NCBI GenBank assembly: GCA_964188305.1
Contig: OZ076885.1
Strand: one strand, 5' to 3'
From: Podarcis bocagei
Lineage: Eukaryota
DNA length: 64,000 nt
The position numbers and the translations under genes are program-made. Below are positions 13,201-26,100 of the stretch, one piece after another. The notes beneath the pieces were generated by a model. That model was not told the DNA's origin. It saw only the letters and a program-made list of their open reading frames with translations, and did not search any database. Position 1 is the stretch's first letter, and each line of letters begins with the position of its first letter.

Positions 13201-15940
13201 CTAGAAATCAAGAAACAACTTAAAAGGCTAAGAAGCTAAGACAGCAGAAGATGGAGTACCTTCCGCTCCTTGCAGGAGGAGAAAGCATGGAAGAGAAACG
13301 AAAGAGTTAGTAACTCTTGACATATCCAACATTGCTACCCCCTTCAGGCACTCAACTGAGTTACAGCAAAAATAAAAACCAACACACTTTGAAATGAAAC
13401 AAAAGGAGGGACACAGACTGCTTCCAGATTTGGTCTGTCATTTGTGGTCTTGCCCCATCCCATTAAATGTCTGCCTCTCCATGCATCCTCCTCCGGCACA
13501 GAGGGCAGGCAAGAGGTGCCATGCTTCCCACCCAAACCAAGGGTTTTTCTTCTATGTTTCCACACGTGATGATGCTCAAGATTTACAGACTGCAGATTAC
13601 ACTAAGTGCTAAAACAAAGGGAGGTTGAGAAAAAAACGAAGCAGCAGGTTTTCACTTCTCTGACTCAGAAACAGAAAGTGTGTGAAAATAAATAAGCTAT
13701 CTTATTGTAGTAGTCCATTCAACACCCAAAGTAGCTTCTCAAACATCCATGCGCATCTTGGAAAGTGCAATCACACTGTTTCATTCAGGACGAGGGGTAA
13801 TATACGGCCTATGTGGAAAAGTACAGGAGGGAAATCATATCTCTATACTAAGATCTCTCCAAACAATGGCAAAATCCCAGGTGTTTTTCTATTAGCAATA
13901 TACTTACACTAGCATACATAAAATGTCAATATGCCATCCCCAAAGAATGGGAGGATAGTCTGTTTACAGGGATATGATGGGAGAGATAAGTAGGAGACTG
14001 CTTTATTAAAGGAAGATAGCCTGGTTTGTTTCTTTAAAAATGCATTTAAAAATCTAGCCATTTCTCATTTAAAAAAGTATAGTACTAAGTCCTAGGAAAA
14101 GATGCAACATCCCTGAAAAAGAAATGCTTCTGGAGGGAAAGATGTTCTCCAACTAACTGAATAACAACATGTTTATTACCGTATTTTTCGCTCTATAAGA
14201 CGCACCAGACCATAAGATGCACCTAGTTTTTGGAGGAGGAAAGCAAGAAAAAAAATATTCTGAATCTCAGAAGCCAGAACAGCAAGAGGGATCGCTGCGC
14301 AGCGAAAGCAGCAATCCCTCTTGCTGTTCTGACTTCTGGGATAGCTGCGCAGCCTGCATTCGCTCCATAAGACGCACACACATTCCCCCTTACTTTTTAG
14401 GAGGGAAAAAGTGAGTCTTATAGAGCAAAAAATACGGTATGTTGTATATTGCATAACTGACAAAGTCCTTAGAATCAATCATTTATAAAAATAAATAAAA
14501 AGCTTACAAGGGATGATTACACCTATCTCTATCCTTTTCTGTTTTACCAGAATCTACAATCTCAGTGTTTACCCAGTGCATGGCTGCAAAAAATAGGTTG
14601 TCAGTCTTCGAGCAATAAGTTTCCAAATCCGGACAATGCCACAACAAAGGGCTTGTTATTTGGGCAAAATACAGCAATACCTATCATGCTAGAGTCTATT
14701 TGGGTTTATAGTTTCGGGGTGCTTTGGGAATCTACTGCTGCATCTGGGACTACAGATTGCAACAGTGGACAAAATTATAGCCCCAGAGCATGGTTTAAGG
14801 ATACTGTACATGATTCTGCTACTTCGTTGGCAAACCATTGGGAACCCTGTGTAAATTATCTTGTTTCCATGATGGAATAAAGGCATGAAAGGTATGTACA
14901 ATTCAGTTGACACAATCCCCCAAACAGCTTAAATACACAGAGAAGTGTGAATTAGAATAAATGGTGAATTAGAATACACCTGAAAATTTATAAAGAATTG
15001 ACTTGCTTTATTCCAAGGTTCAAATGGCAAGTTATGAGGCAACTATAGGATTCCAAACTCTGTTGTTATAACATGGGTGTAGCCAAGGGGAGGGCAGGGG
15101 GGCAGCTGCCCACCTAAATCAATACCAACCAATACAAATTTGAGATTCTGCCCCATAACAAAAGCCTGCCCCTCCTAACAAAAACCCTGGCTACGCTCAT
15201 GCATTATTGTGTTTGAACAGGGTGCTAGGGAGATTTGCAAGGGAGAACCAACATGTAAGATTGAGATGTTAAATCCTTCCACTGCCCCTGTATTATCTCC
15301 TGAAAATTCCTGCCTTACTGTTGTTAACCAATTTTCCCCATATTGATTCCAAGACCAGAAGCCAGACCAACTGGGGGGAACAGCTAGTGGAGGGAGGCAT
15401 TTACAGGGGGAATCTATAGGTGCCAGAAGGTTCACACACGCCACTTCTGCCCACTGATTCTCCTCAAGAAAAGTCCCAATTCATGCAGTCATGTCACCCT
15501 GGCAAACACAGGTTTGGGTAGACACATTTGATGAGATAGCCCAAATGGTTAGAAATTCAAGGAAATCAGGCTTATACACAATGACTTCTGATCACCGCTT
15601 TCTGTGCTTCATTAGCTACACTCCCCCCGCCCATGTATTCAAAGTAGCAAATGCTCAATCATTGTTGAAAAGTGAGTGTGTAATCCCACAGAGCCATTTC
15701 TGCTGAAAAGCATCTTGCTTCTTGAGCAGTGCAAGTGGCTATACTGGAAAGTTAAAACAAAAACAAAAAACCTCCATCTGTATGTATATTTCTCCCCAGC
15801 ATATGTGAACAGCTTCACTGAATCTCAGCCTAGGGCTCCTAGGGACACCAGTAGAATTTAGGAAAAAAATTAGAAAAACAACAACAGAACACTGCACAAA
15901 AGACTGACTGACAAATTTAACTCTCTCCCCATCTCTCTCC

Positions 15941-16011
<71 letters not shown>

Positions 16012-19000
16012 ACCCAGCCCTAAAATTGATTCCACAGCATATGCAAAACAAACATGAACACCAAGCAAAAGTAAAACAATGATCAAGAGAAGCAAAAAAG
16101 AAAACACATCCAGAGAAAAGAACAGAGTGGCACACAAATCCATGTGTGTTTCCTCTATACCTAGAGATAATGACAGATTCAAAAGGGAATAAATAATTAC
16201 GTCTGTATCTTTATGAGAAAAATTGTTTCTGTCCGATTTATTGAACAGCCTCCGCTTTCAACCACAGATGAACAAGAGCACTGCCCTGCCCTGCCCCACC
16301 CATTTAGGGGGCGCAGCCATGTGACGCGTTTTGTGACACCAGGGGCAGGACTCATGGAGGGTGGCAATCTTTGCGCTTGCTCGTCGCAGCCCCCACCCAG
16401 CTCCTAGGCAAAGGCTGGCCAGTGGCAGCCCCCTCAATATTGGGGGGCACAGCACCTTTCCCCTGACTATTAGGGGGCAGGAGCCCCTTGCGCCCCATAT
16501 ACCTGGCGCCCCTGCAGATGAATTACACATGATGCAGGAGCGGCTACCTATCTTTTTACAAAAAGTTTGCTAATGCCAATTTTAGTTATTTTAGTTTATT
16601 TTTCCATACAACAATAGTTGTCATGAATTCACCAAAGTTAAATGGTGAGCAAATTGTTCCATAAGGCTGGAAAGTTATTTTTTTAAATATAAAAAAGCAG
16701 TGTTTTTTGCTACGTCCATACAATATACCTAAGTGTTCCAAGACTAAATGTTGTTGGAAATTGTTTTGGAAATCCAATGTAAGCAAACCTCACCATCACC
16801 TGAATTTCATTTTTTTCTTCAGCTTGAAAGAACAAAATACATCTATAGCATCATTAAGAAGATTGAATGAACAACCCCATATGCTGGTTGCAAAGAAACT
16901 AAAGCTCATTTAAAGAATTATTTGGATTAGGGCCATTATTTTTGTTGGTAGTTTGTGAATTCTGCGTACTAGTATATAGAGCTAATATTTCATTCTAAGA
17001 CAGATACTACATAATTTAAATACTAACACTGAGATTCTCTTAACTGTGGAGGAAAAGAATTGTCTTTCTCCTTCACCTCCCCAAGGGAAGAGGAAACACG
17101 TTTATTGGTGCACTTTAAGAAGCTCCATGCTCAAATACTCTTGTTCAAGGGTTCTTTCCTACCTGACTGTGCATGAATTTCAGGTTAATCCCTTCCAGTG
17201 TGACTTGGAGAAGCCCCCCTTCACCAGTTTTCATATCCTGCACTGGGAATTCCCCACCCAGTTCAGGGCCTGCAATGTAAAAAGAAAACAGAAAAAAGGA
17301 GGAAAATGCTTCCCAATACAAAGTGATTTACGTACACAGAAAAACATAGGACACTGCATTTAAAGGAGGATCCCAGAAGCAAACCCTTTCCTCAAAATGG
17401 TGCCATAGCACATCTTATTTCTATAGGATGGATAACAATAAGCAATATAGAGATGCTAACTAGATGTCTGTAAACACTGGGACTTTAGAGATCATGGTAT
17501 GTTTTGTCATTTATGCCTGTTAAATTCTTATGAAGGATAACCAAAGAGCTCTAGCCCTAAGCAGTAGCCTAGCATTTCATTATGTTACTATAATGCATGG
17601 GTAGGCAAACCAAGGCCCAGGGGCCGTATCCAGCCCAATCGCCTTCGAAATCTGGCCCACGGATGGGTGGGAATCAGTGTGTTTTTACATTAGCAGAATG
17701 TGCCCTTTTATTTAAAATGCATCTCTGGTTATTCGTGGGGCATAGGAATTCGTTCATTATTTTTTTCAAAATATAGTCTGGCCCCCCAAAAGGTCTGAGG
17801 GACAGTGGACCAGCCCCCTGCTGAAAAAGTTTGCTGACCCCTGCTATAATGCCTCACTGACTCACAAGCCTCACAACACAAGGGCCAATCTGTTGGTGTT
17901 CCTGCAACTTTGTACTGTTTTGTTCTGGCCTGATGGGCGACAATCTTGCTGTCTCTTGAACTGTTATTTTCAGCGTGGACAAATGATGTCCTAATGTCAC
18001 ACTTTAAATTGGGAGTGGTTTTAGTCTGCAGAATCATTTTGGCAATCTTTCTGAGCAGGAGAAAGGCTCTGTGGGCAGGAAATAAGTGACATTTCCTCCA
18101 TTTCCTTATAGGCTATCTGCACACCTACGAGTTGTTGAACATATATGGATTTTTAAAAAAATTCTGCAAATGTCTACATGTGTAGCTGTGTACAATTTTG
18201 CTAGTGGCGCTTAAGACTTCTGCAAAGGATCAGGTGTGTATCTTGGAGGTGCCGGGAGATTTTGGGTCTTTAGGACATTTGTGGGGCTTGGTGGAAGAGA
18301 AGATTTAAGAGCAACCATGTCCTAGTCATCTGGCTGCTAAGCTCAGTATCCCATTATTACTGCAGTATCAGGGGAAATAAATAATGTTTATTTCTCCCCC
18401 GGCAATTCCTTGGAGGAAAGTCAAATTCCTTTCTGGCATCAGCATTTCCAGAGTGAAAAGGAGGGGCAGTATTTTCAGATCCTTTAATATAAAGGACAAC
18501 ACACTCCCAAAAACTCTTTTAGAAAGTTGTGGCACTTGCCAAAGTTCATCTATGCCCGTTAAGGCTCTTACCAGGTTTTGTGCTTTGTTGTCTTGCCGCC
18601 GCTCTCTCCATACTGTCTTTTACACAATAATATAATTCCCGGCACTACAACGGATTAAAATAAAATAAATAAATAAATAGGTTTTCTGCAGATACATAAT
18701 GGAGATTTATAAAACACAGAGCTAATACAGTGGCGAGAACTTAATAGCGCAAAGAATAATAAAGCATACAAACAAACATTTCTGAGTACTTATTAATTAT
18801 CTGCCACATTTCCTCCAAGCAGCTCAACTTCTTGAAGGAAAGTTGGGATACAATGCACAGGAAATAACAGTAGTATTTTAGACCATACTTTTTAAATATT
18901 TGCTAAAAATAATAAAATACGGTTATCTCAAAATACGCCATTATTTTGAAATACGTTTGGGATGAAAGGATGGGGAACTTTAAAGGCAAGACATTTTTAT

Positions 19001-22000
19001 GATTATTCTGTTTTAATGGCATTTTATGCTTCTTGCATTTGTAAATTTTCTTGAACTGATATCTTATATGAGGGGCAATCTATATGTATTTTTTTAAACA
19101 AACAAACAAACAGTGGTGTTTGGTCCACATATATAGCTCTATTTTTTCTTTATTTTATTAAATTTATATCGCATCTTTCTTTAGTCATAGAATCTCATGT
19201 CATAACTGCTTCCCTTACAAACAATTTGCATCAGCTGAGTCTGAAATTCTCTATATGTATGTAAATGAATGCTATCCAAATGTGTTATTTTATTAAAACA
19301 ATGCACTATAACTTCCTCATGTTACAGGCAAAAATGTTACATAGCTCTCCAGATCCAAGATGCATCTATCCCATCATAAACCCAAGATTAGGATGTGAGC
19401 ATTTCAATAGCAATGTTCTACCCACATCTCTCCACTGGAAACTATGCTTAAAATTGCTGTTATGGGTGGAGAGTGATGCAACTCAAACCATGGAAACAAT
19501 ATCTGGAGACACCACTTAAGAAAAGCTTCTCGCATTGTATGTCAGCTACTGATCATCTCAGCATCAAAACCCTGCAGCAGATTCAAAGACAGATAAAATA
19601 TACAGTGGTGCCCCGCAAGACGAATGCCTCGCAAGACGGAAAACCCACTAGACAAAAGGGTTTTCCGTTTTTGAGCTGCTTCGCGAGACGATTTTCCCTA
19701 TGGGCTTGCTTTGCAAGACGAAAACGTCTTGCGAGTGTTCCGCTTTCCCCCCGCTTTCCCCCCTTTTCTAAGCCGCTAAGCCGCTAATAGCCTTTTAGCC
19801 GCTAAGCCTTTAATAGCCGCTAAGCCTTTAATAGCCGCTAAACCACTAATCCGCTAATAGGGTTGCTTCGCAAGACGAAAAAACCGCTAGACGAAGAGAC
19901 TCGCGGAACAGATTAATTTCGTCTTGCGAGGCACCACTGTAAATGGTCCAGTAAAATACTAAGTCATTGTAAACAGAACATTGTAGAAAATGTACCTTTT
20001 TGGTGTAGAACTTATTCAATTGTGTCTCCTGGCCATTCCTCCTCCAGAGACAAAGCACTTTTGTTTTGGGACAGTATGTCATGTTGATGAGCTTCTCATA
20101 CCACCAGCGTTCATACACCGTGCCAATGTTACTCCTCAGCACAATGCAATCATCGCATACCTGGAGACGTATATATTATTAGAGAGGAATTGCCATACAA
20201 CCCAATTAACAGCAATCATTTTGTTAACTTTTAACCTGGTCTCTACCTCCATGAAGAAGATGTCCCCGGTTGTGTCTGTGCCAGCATGCACAACAAATGT
20301 TTGCTTCTTGATATGTCTGCTGCCACTGGGTCGGATTTGGAGCTCCCTGACATTCTAAATAGAAGGAAAAATCCTATTAAAAACCTTCCACTTTAATCTT
20401 TACTTCAGCTTCAGCAAGTCAGATCTCACCCATCTCCTGTACAAAAGTAAAATTGGATTAAAACACTGAAAAGCACCAAGTATTTTTTCAGTACTAGGGA
20501 GCAGTTTTCAGCCCCATAAGGGGGAGGAATGGGGCAGGTTTATGAGTTTGTACATGCTCCACCGATGTGCACAATGACCCAGAACAAGACCCCTGTACAA
20601 ATGGGGAGTTGTCTATAACTCTACACCCAAAGTTTTCAGAGTCAGAGGAGAATCTGGCTAGCTTGCGCCCAATTATGTTTTTATAGCATACACTTAACAC
20701 AATGTATCTACACACCGACAAAAAAAATGTAGCATGCTCATGCAGCAACTATGCTTTCTAAAAACATGTGTATGGTGGGGAGGCACAGCAAGCAAAAAGA
20801 ACATGGGAAACCCATCAACTAATTTCTCTTTTAGTAGCACTATCAGAGAAGTAAAGATGGAATTCAGTGCTGTGCTCTTACAATTGTTCTGTCTGCACAA
20901 GCATTGCAGCTTGCCAGGTGGAATGATTCCCCCCTCTCCCCCACAGCTGTTCTGAGGGTTCTCACTGAATCTCAGGATATAGCATCTTCAAAAAGCCCCA
21001 AAGACACCCACCCTGGAGAAGCAGCCAGCAACTACAGCAATAAAAAGAGCTGGTTTTCCCCAGAAGCAGCTGGTTCAGTTCCTTACCCAGGCTTGTAACA
21101 AAACGACAAGAGATTAAGCCTAGAGAAGCTGCTTACCCATTCAGCTACTAAGGAGGAGTTTAGGAAGCAGCAGTTAGTGCCTCTAGTCCAGCAGGAAACT
21201 GGCAGACCCCAGCCCGGGCAACAGAGTGAGAAGGCAGCTTGTAGCAAGAATTTCATTCTACAGCTCTTGAGAGCAACACTATAAAAAGTTCAGAAAGATC
21301 TGACCTCTGTGTCTACTGTCTTGAATAAAACAGGTGAGGAGTCTGATTCTCTGTCAAGCAAGGTATTGCTGAGTAAATCTATACCATCCAAAGATCTGGG
21401 TCCCACTAGCCCTTGCCATTAAAAAGTACATGAAGAAGGCAAGATATCAGAATGTTTCTATCTGCAGTATTTTAATCTTGTACACAATTTGTGAAATACA
21501 TTATAAAAGAGGAACATAACTCTTTTCAGATTTGTAGCAATCAACACTGCCATCTGAACTGCAGTGAAAGATAATCCTCCTCTTCTATCGAAGGGACAGA
21601 GATATAGATACAGAGGTGGTCAAAGACTTACTATATTGGCAAGTTTGTCGAGTATTTCATTTATTTCTTGACTATGCACTAGGCCAATGTGAGATTTCCC
21701 CATCAAACGGCGCACTTTCTTCCTAATATCATTCTTGGACACCTACACAGCAAAATACAGCATTTGGTTACTGACATCTCCTTAGGCACTTGCATATATA
21801 TTTATATTTCAGTACATAGACAAGAACTCATTTACTGTGTTCCAAAGAGTTTAAACTACCATAGAAACAGGTCAACCAAGAGAAGACACTGTGTAATAAC
21901 AAGTAACTGCAGAAATCAAGTAACTGGGAAGAAAGAAGTGATCAAATACATCCCATTGACCTAAAAACAAAGCCAAAACAAAGTATGACATGGCATTATT

Positions 22001-23120
22001 TCTGCAATTAATATGGGTTTGCTCTTGCATGGGGGGGGGGTTAAAAATTTGTGGCCACAGGACACCCATATTTCTCCCATACCCTACCACAAATCTCACA
22101 AAAAAATGCGCAAAAATTAAATTAAAATATGAAAAAGTGGCACCTTCAACATAAGCATGTAGGCTATCATATTGTGAAGAAGCGTAGCCAATAAGCGGTC
22201 TTCATCATCTTCTAAACGCTTCCGGTCATGTTCTCCTAGAGACAAATACCTACAAAAGGAACACACATGTACTTGAGTCTCCGATGGACTAACTGCCACT
22301 AACTGCAAAGAAAGATGCAAAATGTTCTGCATCCTCTTCCTTCTTTTATCTTTTTTAACGGAATTAAATCTCTCCACAGACCCAGTACCAGATGATCAGA
22401 AATTAAACTTAGCCTTAAGTTACATTTCCTTTTATAGGCCCAACATTAAAAGACAAGCAAAGCTTCAGGGAGGTCCAAGGTGGTGGGAGGGTTTTTTATT
22501 GGTTTTTGGTTTTTGTTCTTGCTTTTATCATGTATTTTGCATTTTTATATTGCATTTTATGTTGATATCCATCCAGAGATGTACGGATGAAGGGTGGCAT
22601 ACAAATTTAACTAACTAACTAAATATTTCAAAAGACAGACTTTGTGTATAAAGAAAATTAAATTTGGAACAAAGTCTTAAATGTTTTATTTTTTTAAAAA
22701 AAGTTAGAAAAAAATTGTAATCTGCTTAATAAAAAAACTCTAAGCAGTATACAGTACATAAATTAATATAAAGTGATTATTTATTTCAACAAATTTACTC
22801 AGAATAAAATCACATCCTGAATTCCCAGAAAGTTGCTAAACTAAATAATGCAGAGGGAGAGAAAAATTGCAGAGAATTTCTAATTTACCTGTCAATCATC
22901 TCTTGAGGCCCCTGATCCATCCCCATTCCTTCTCTTTCCAACATCACAGCATCTAGGTAAGCATCTTCCCAGAACTGCATATGGTCCCACAGGGTTGATC
23001 GCTCTTTGCCTAGATAGCAGAGAATAAATTAATCCAGAAGACCAATAATTTTGCAAGGAAAAAACAGGAAAAAACCTTTTTCACCACAAGATGTGCCGAG
23101 TAATCAACACCACCACCACC

Positions 23121-23154
<34 letters not shown>

Positions 23155-26100
23155 TCATCATCGTACCGCCACAGCAAAATCAGTTCTGTTAAAAACACAA
23201 CTGAGATCAAAACAAGCCAGGAGATGCAAGGTTCCCTGTCCTAACTCACTGTATATATTGCAAACATTTATGGTCCCATCTTGCTACCTTGCCTAAAGCA
23301 GTGCACCAACTTTATTGCGTTCTGTGTTATTGTTTTCCTCTATCAGTATTCACCAAATGAAGAATGCAGGAACAAGAAAAGAAGAGAACAGTGGAGTGTA
23401 TAGGAATACATGTGAGAAATCTTTTTAATACACACAGAAAAGCAAAAAGAAGAATTATTACTCATAGAGAAGGTTTCCATGGCAGCATCCTCTAATTGGT
23501 CCCAGACAGATCCTTTATCCCTCCCTTTATAGTTCCAAGCAAGCAGCAACATGGCAGCAAAGAGGAGAAATGAGACATATAACAAGACTGAGCAACCTTT
23601 CTGGAATAATGAGACTCAGGAGAAAAAGTGCAGTGAAAAATATGCTACATATTGCAATTGTGGTCGAAGGCCATGCCTCTTCTAATCCATCAATATAGTC
23701 TGATCTTTAGCATACTGTGTTATGAAACAACTTCCCTGCTCAGGATACCATTTTAAATATATACTTGATTTGACAGCATGTACCTTATATGATAAATCTG
23801 TAGCCCACTGATTGAATGTGGCCCACACGGCCTTCCCATGCAGGCTTCTGGCCTGAACCCCACTCCCATCCTTGACCACATTTTCTTTGCTGCTGAGCTA
23901 TAATCTCTTAACAGCTAAGCAGGTGGCAGGAGGGAGAAATTCCTGCCACACAGCATAGAAGCATAGTGAGCTCCTTCTTCCCTGCTCCCGGGCTGTAACC
24001 TTTTATCAACTGGGCAACGAGGGGTCGGGACAGAACCACCATGGACTACATGTACCTCATGCTGGAAACTTTGAGGGTGATCGCACCCCCCACAAATCAA
24101 CAACTTTCCACCGCCACCACCAAATGTCTGGATTTTCATTTCTATTTTAGAGTTTTGTTTTCTTAATTTGGGGTTCAAAAAAATAGGGGTCGTCTTATAC
24201 ATGGGGGCGTCTTATACACAGAAAAATATGGTATACTAATGACAAGCACTTCTTATGAAATGTTTTGAAGAAAACCATGAGTTTTTAGCTGATGATTTGT
24301 CTATGGTATGTTAGAGAATTCAAAACTCATCTATGGAGGTTTCACTTTAGTAGATCAGATTGTTGTTCTTTAATTTCTTTTTGTTTAGAAAATACTACGA
24401 AGAAGATTAGCATGTTAAATGCTATTTCACTAAAATGCCTATGCTTTGAACAAATTTGCTTCAAACAAAATAAATGTCAACACGTACCCAGAAGACCCTC
24501 ATAGAGATAAACTCGTAGGCTTGTATCTTCTGGTGCTCTCCCAGGACTGCTGCATTTATCGTCTTTCATGGTCTGCTTCAAGCTATGAGATTTACCCTTT
24601 TTAAAAAAATAAAAATTAAATGCCAGTTTAATCAGGCATGCTCTATTGCTCTGTATTATGTATTCAACTACCAAGATTATTCTGCAAGCAATATATATTC
24701 CTTGTAAACAGAAAGATAATTCAGAAGGTAAAAAGTGGGCAGCAGAAAAAGCTTAAGCCTCCTCTCAAATTCAACTCAGTTCAAAGATACTTCATTCTCA
24801 TGATATGACATTTGAGGCCTTTAAGATTTCCAAAGGTCTTTAAGAGGTCTATCACTCTAAGCCAATTTACACTTACAAGGTCAGTGTGCTTGCCACATAT
24901 ATAATTGAGTTTGCAGTGCATGCACACCCTGGAATATATATGCTGGCTCAGAATTGCTGGTACTTCTTCACTAAGGATGGACCGTTTCTAATGTGATCGC
25001 TTTCCATAAAGTAATAGGTCTTTTACACTACCCACCATCACTACAATAATTCCTAAGCAAAACCAAAGCATGTTCTTACAAAGATAGTGCTAGTTGCTGA
25101 ATTTGTCTCAATCTCACTGTCTGACACGGTGCCTCGTGATCCTGTCAGATTTCCACCGCTTTCTCCACCAAGGCCATCACCAGCATTGCTGCTCAAATCA
25201 CTATCTGCTCCTAATGTCTCCCCAGAGCTGTTGCTCACCTGAAGAGGAAAACAAACTGTTTAAATGGTCAGTCCTTTACTCAATACGAGTAGTTAATGTG
25301 GAGACAAAGATTTATTCAGAGTGCCACTCCAGAGAAAGCTAAATCTCAATAATTCCTGCATCCCAACCAAACGTAAAGGGGCAGGTTTCTGCTAACTCAC
25401 GTTACATTGGGACCCAGCACAGTATACTTTAGAATGCAAAGTGACTATTTGCAGGGCACTGTGTTTAATGTTTTAATGCTTTTTTTTTCTTTTTTAGAGC
25501 TTCAGTCATTAAAAATAAAAGGCTGGGCCTCAACTTTTAAATTAACATTAGGATGAAGTCAGATTCACTTTTTTTAAAGAAAAAGAACACTAATAAATGT
25601 CTATTCTTTGGCCCAACAGGACAATTTAAGATAACTGTAGACATTGCCACAATCATTAATTTACAACAACTATTTTCCGAAAACAAATGTCACAATTTAA
25701 CAATATAAACACAAATAAAATATGTAAGATTACAAAACTGTAGCAGTGGATAGGATCCCCATACCTACCAGAGCATTTTATGTACAATTGGGGGACATGA
25801 TTAAATGTAAAACTGGAGAAGGATGGAGAGTGTATGCCCTAGAGATGCACTCGGCGCTTGCAATTTACACAGGTGTTGAGTAAGAAAGTGTGTGCAAATG
25901 ATCAAGCCTGAAAAACACCACTAAAGCAAAGCACAAACATTCCACTTCAGCCATGCCCTACCACTGTGCTAACTTCAGAGTCTTGGCTGGTGCTTCGGAT
26001 CATAACAGCAGGTCCCACACTTGCCACAGAATCCAAATCACTCTTCTGAAATCATGAACAAAGAAGAAGAAAAATAATGCACATTAGTCATTACTATTTC

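Noticed and set aside
13339-13610. Two further acceptor-like sites (AG at 13609-13610 and 13356-13357) leading to HLV* and LSA*
   Set aside because: Immediate stops, no convincing donor or poly(A) context; cannot be distinguished from decoys.
19765-19860. Short regularly spaced repeats reminiscent of a CRISPR array
   Set aside because: Tandem repeats without unique spacers inside a eukaryotic MITE.
23051-23296. Poly-His ORF on + (and poly-Asp/Gly ORF on -)
   Set aside because: Translation of an intronic (CAC)n(CAT)n microsatellite.
25230-25245. cag|GTGAGC at an exon start as a recursive splice site
   Set aside because: Explained by conserved Val-Ser codons; the upstream intron is only ~720 nt.
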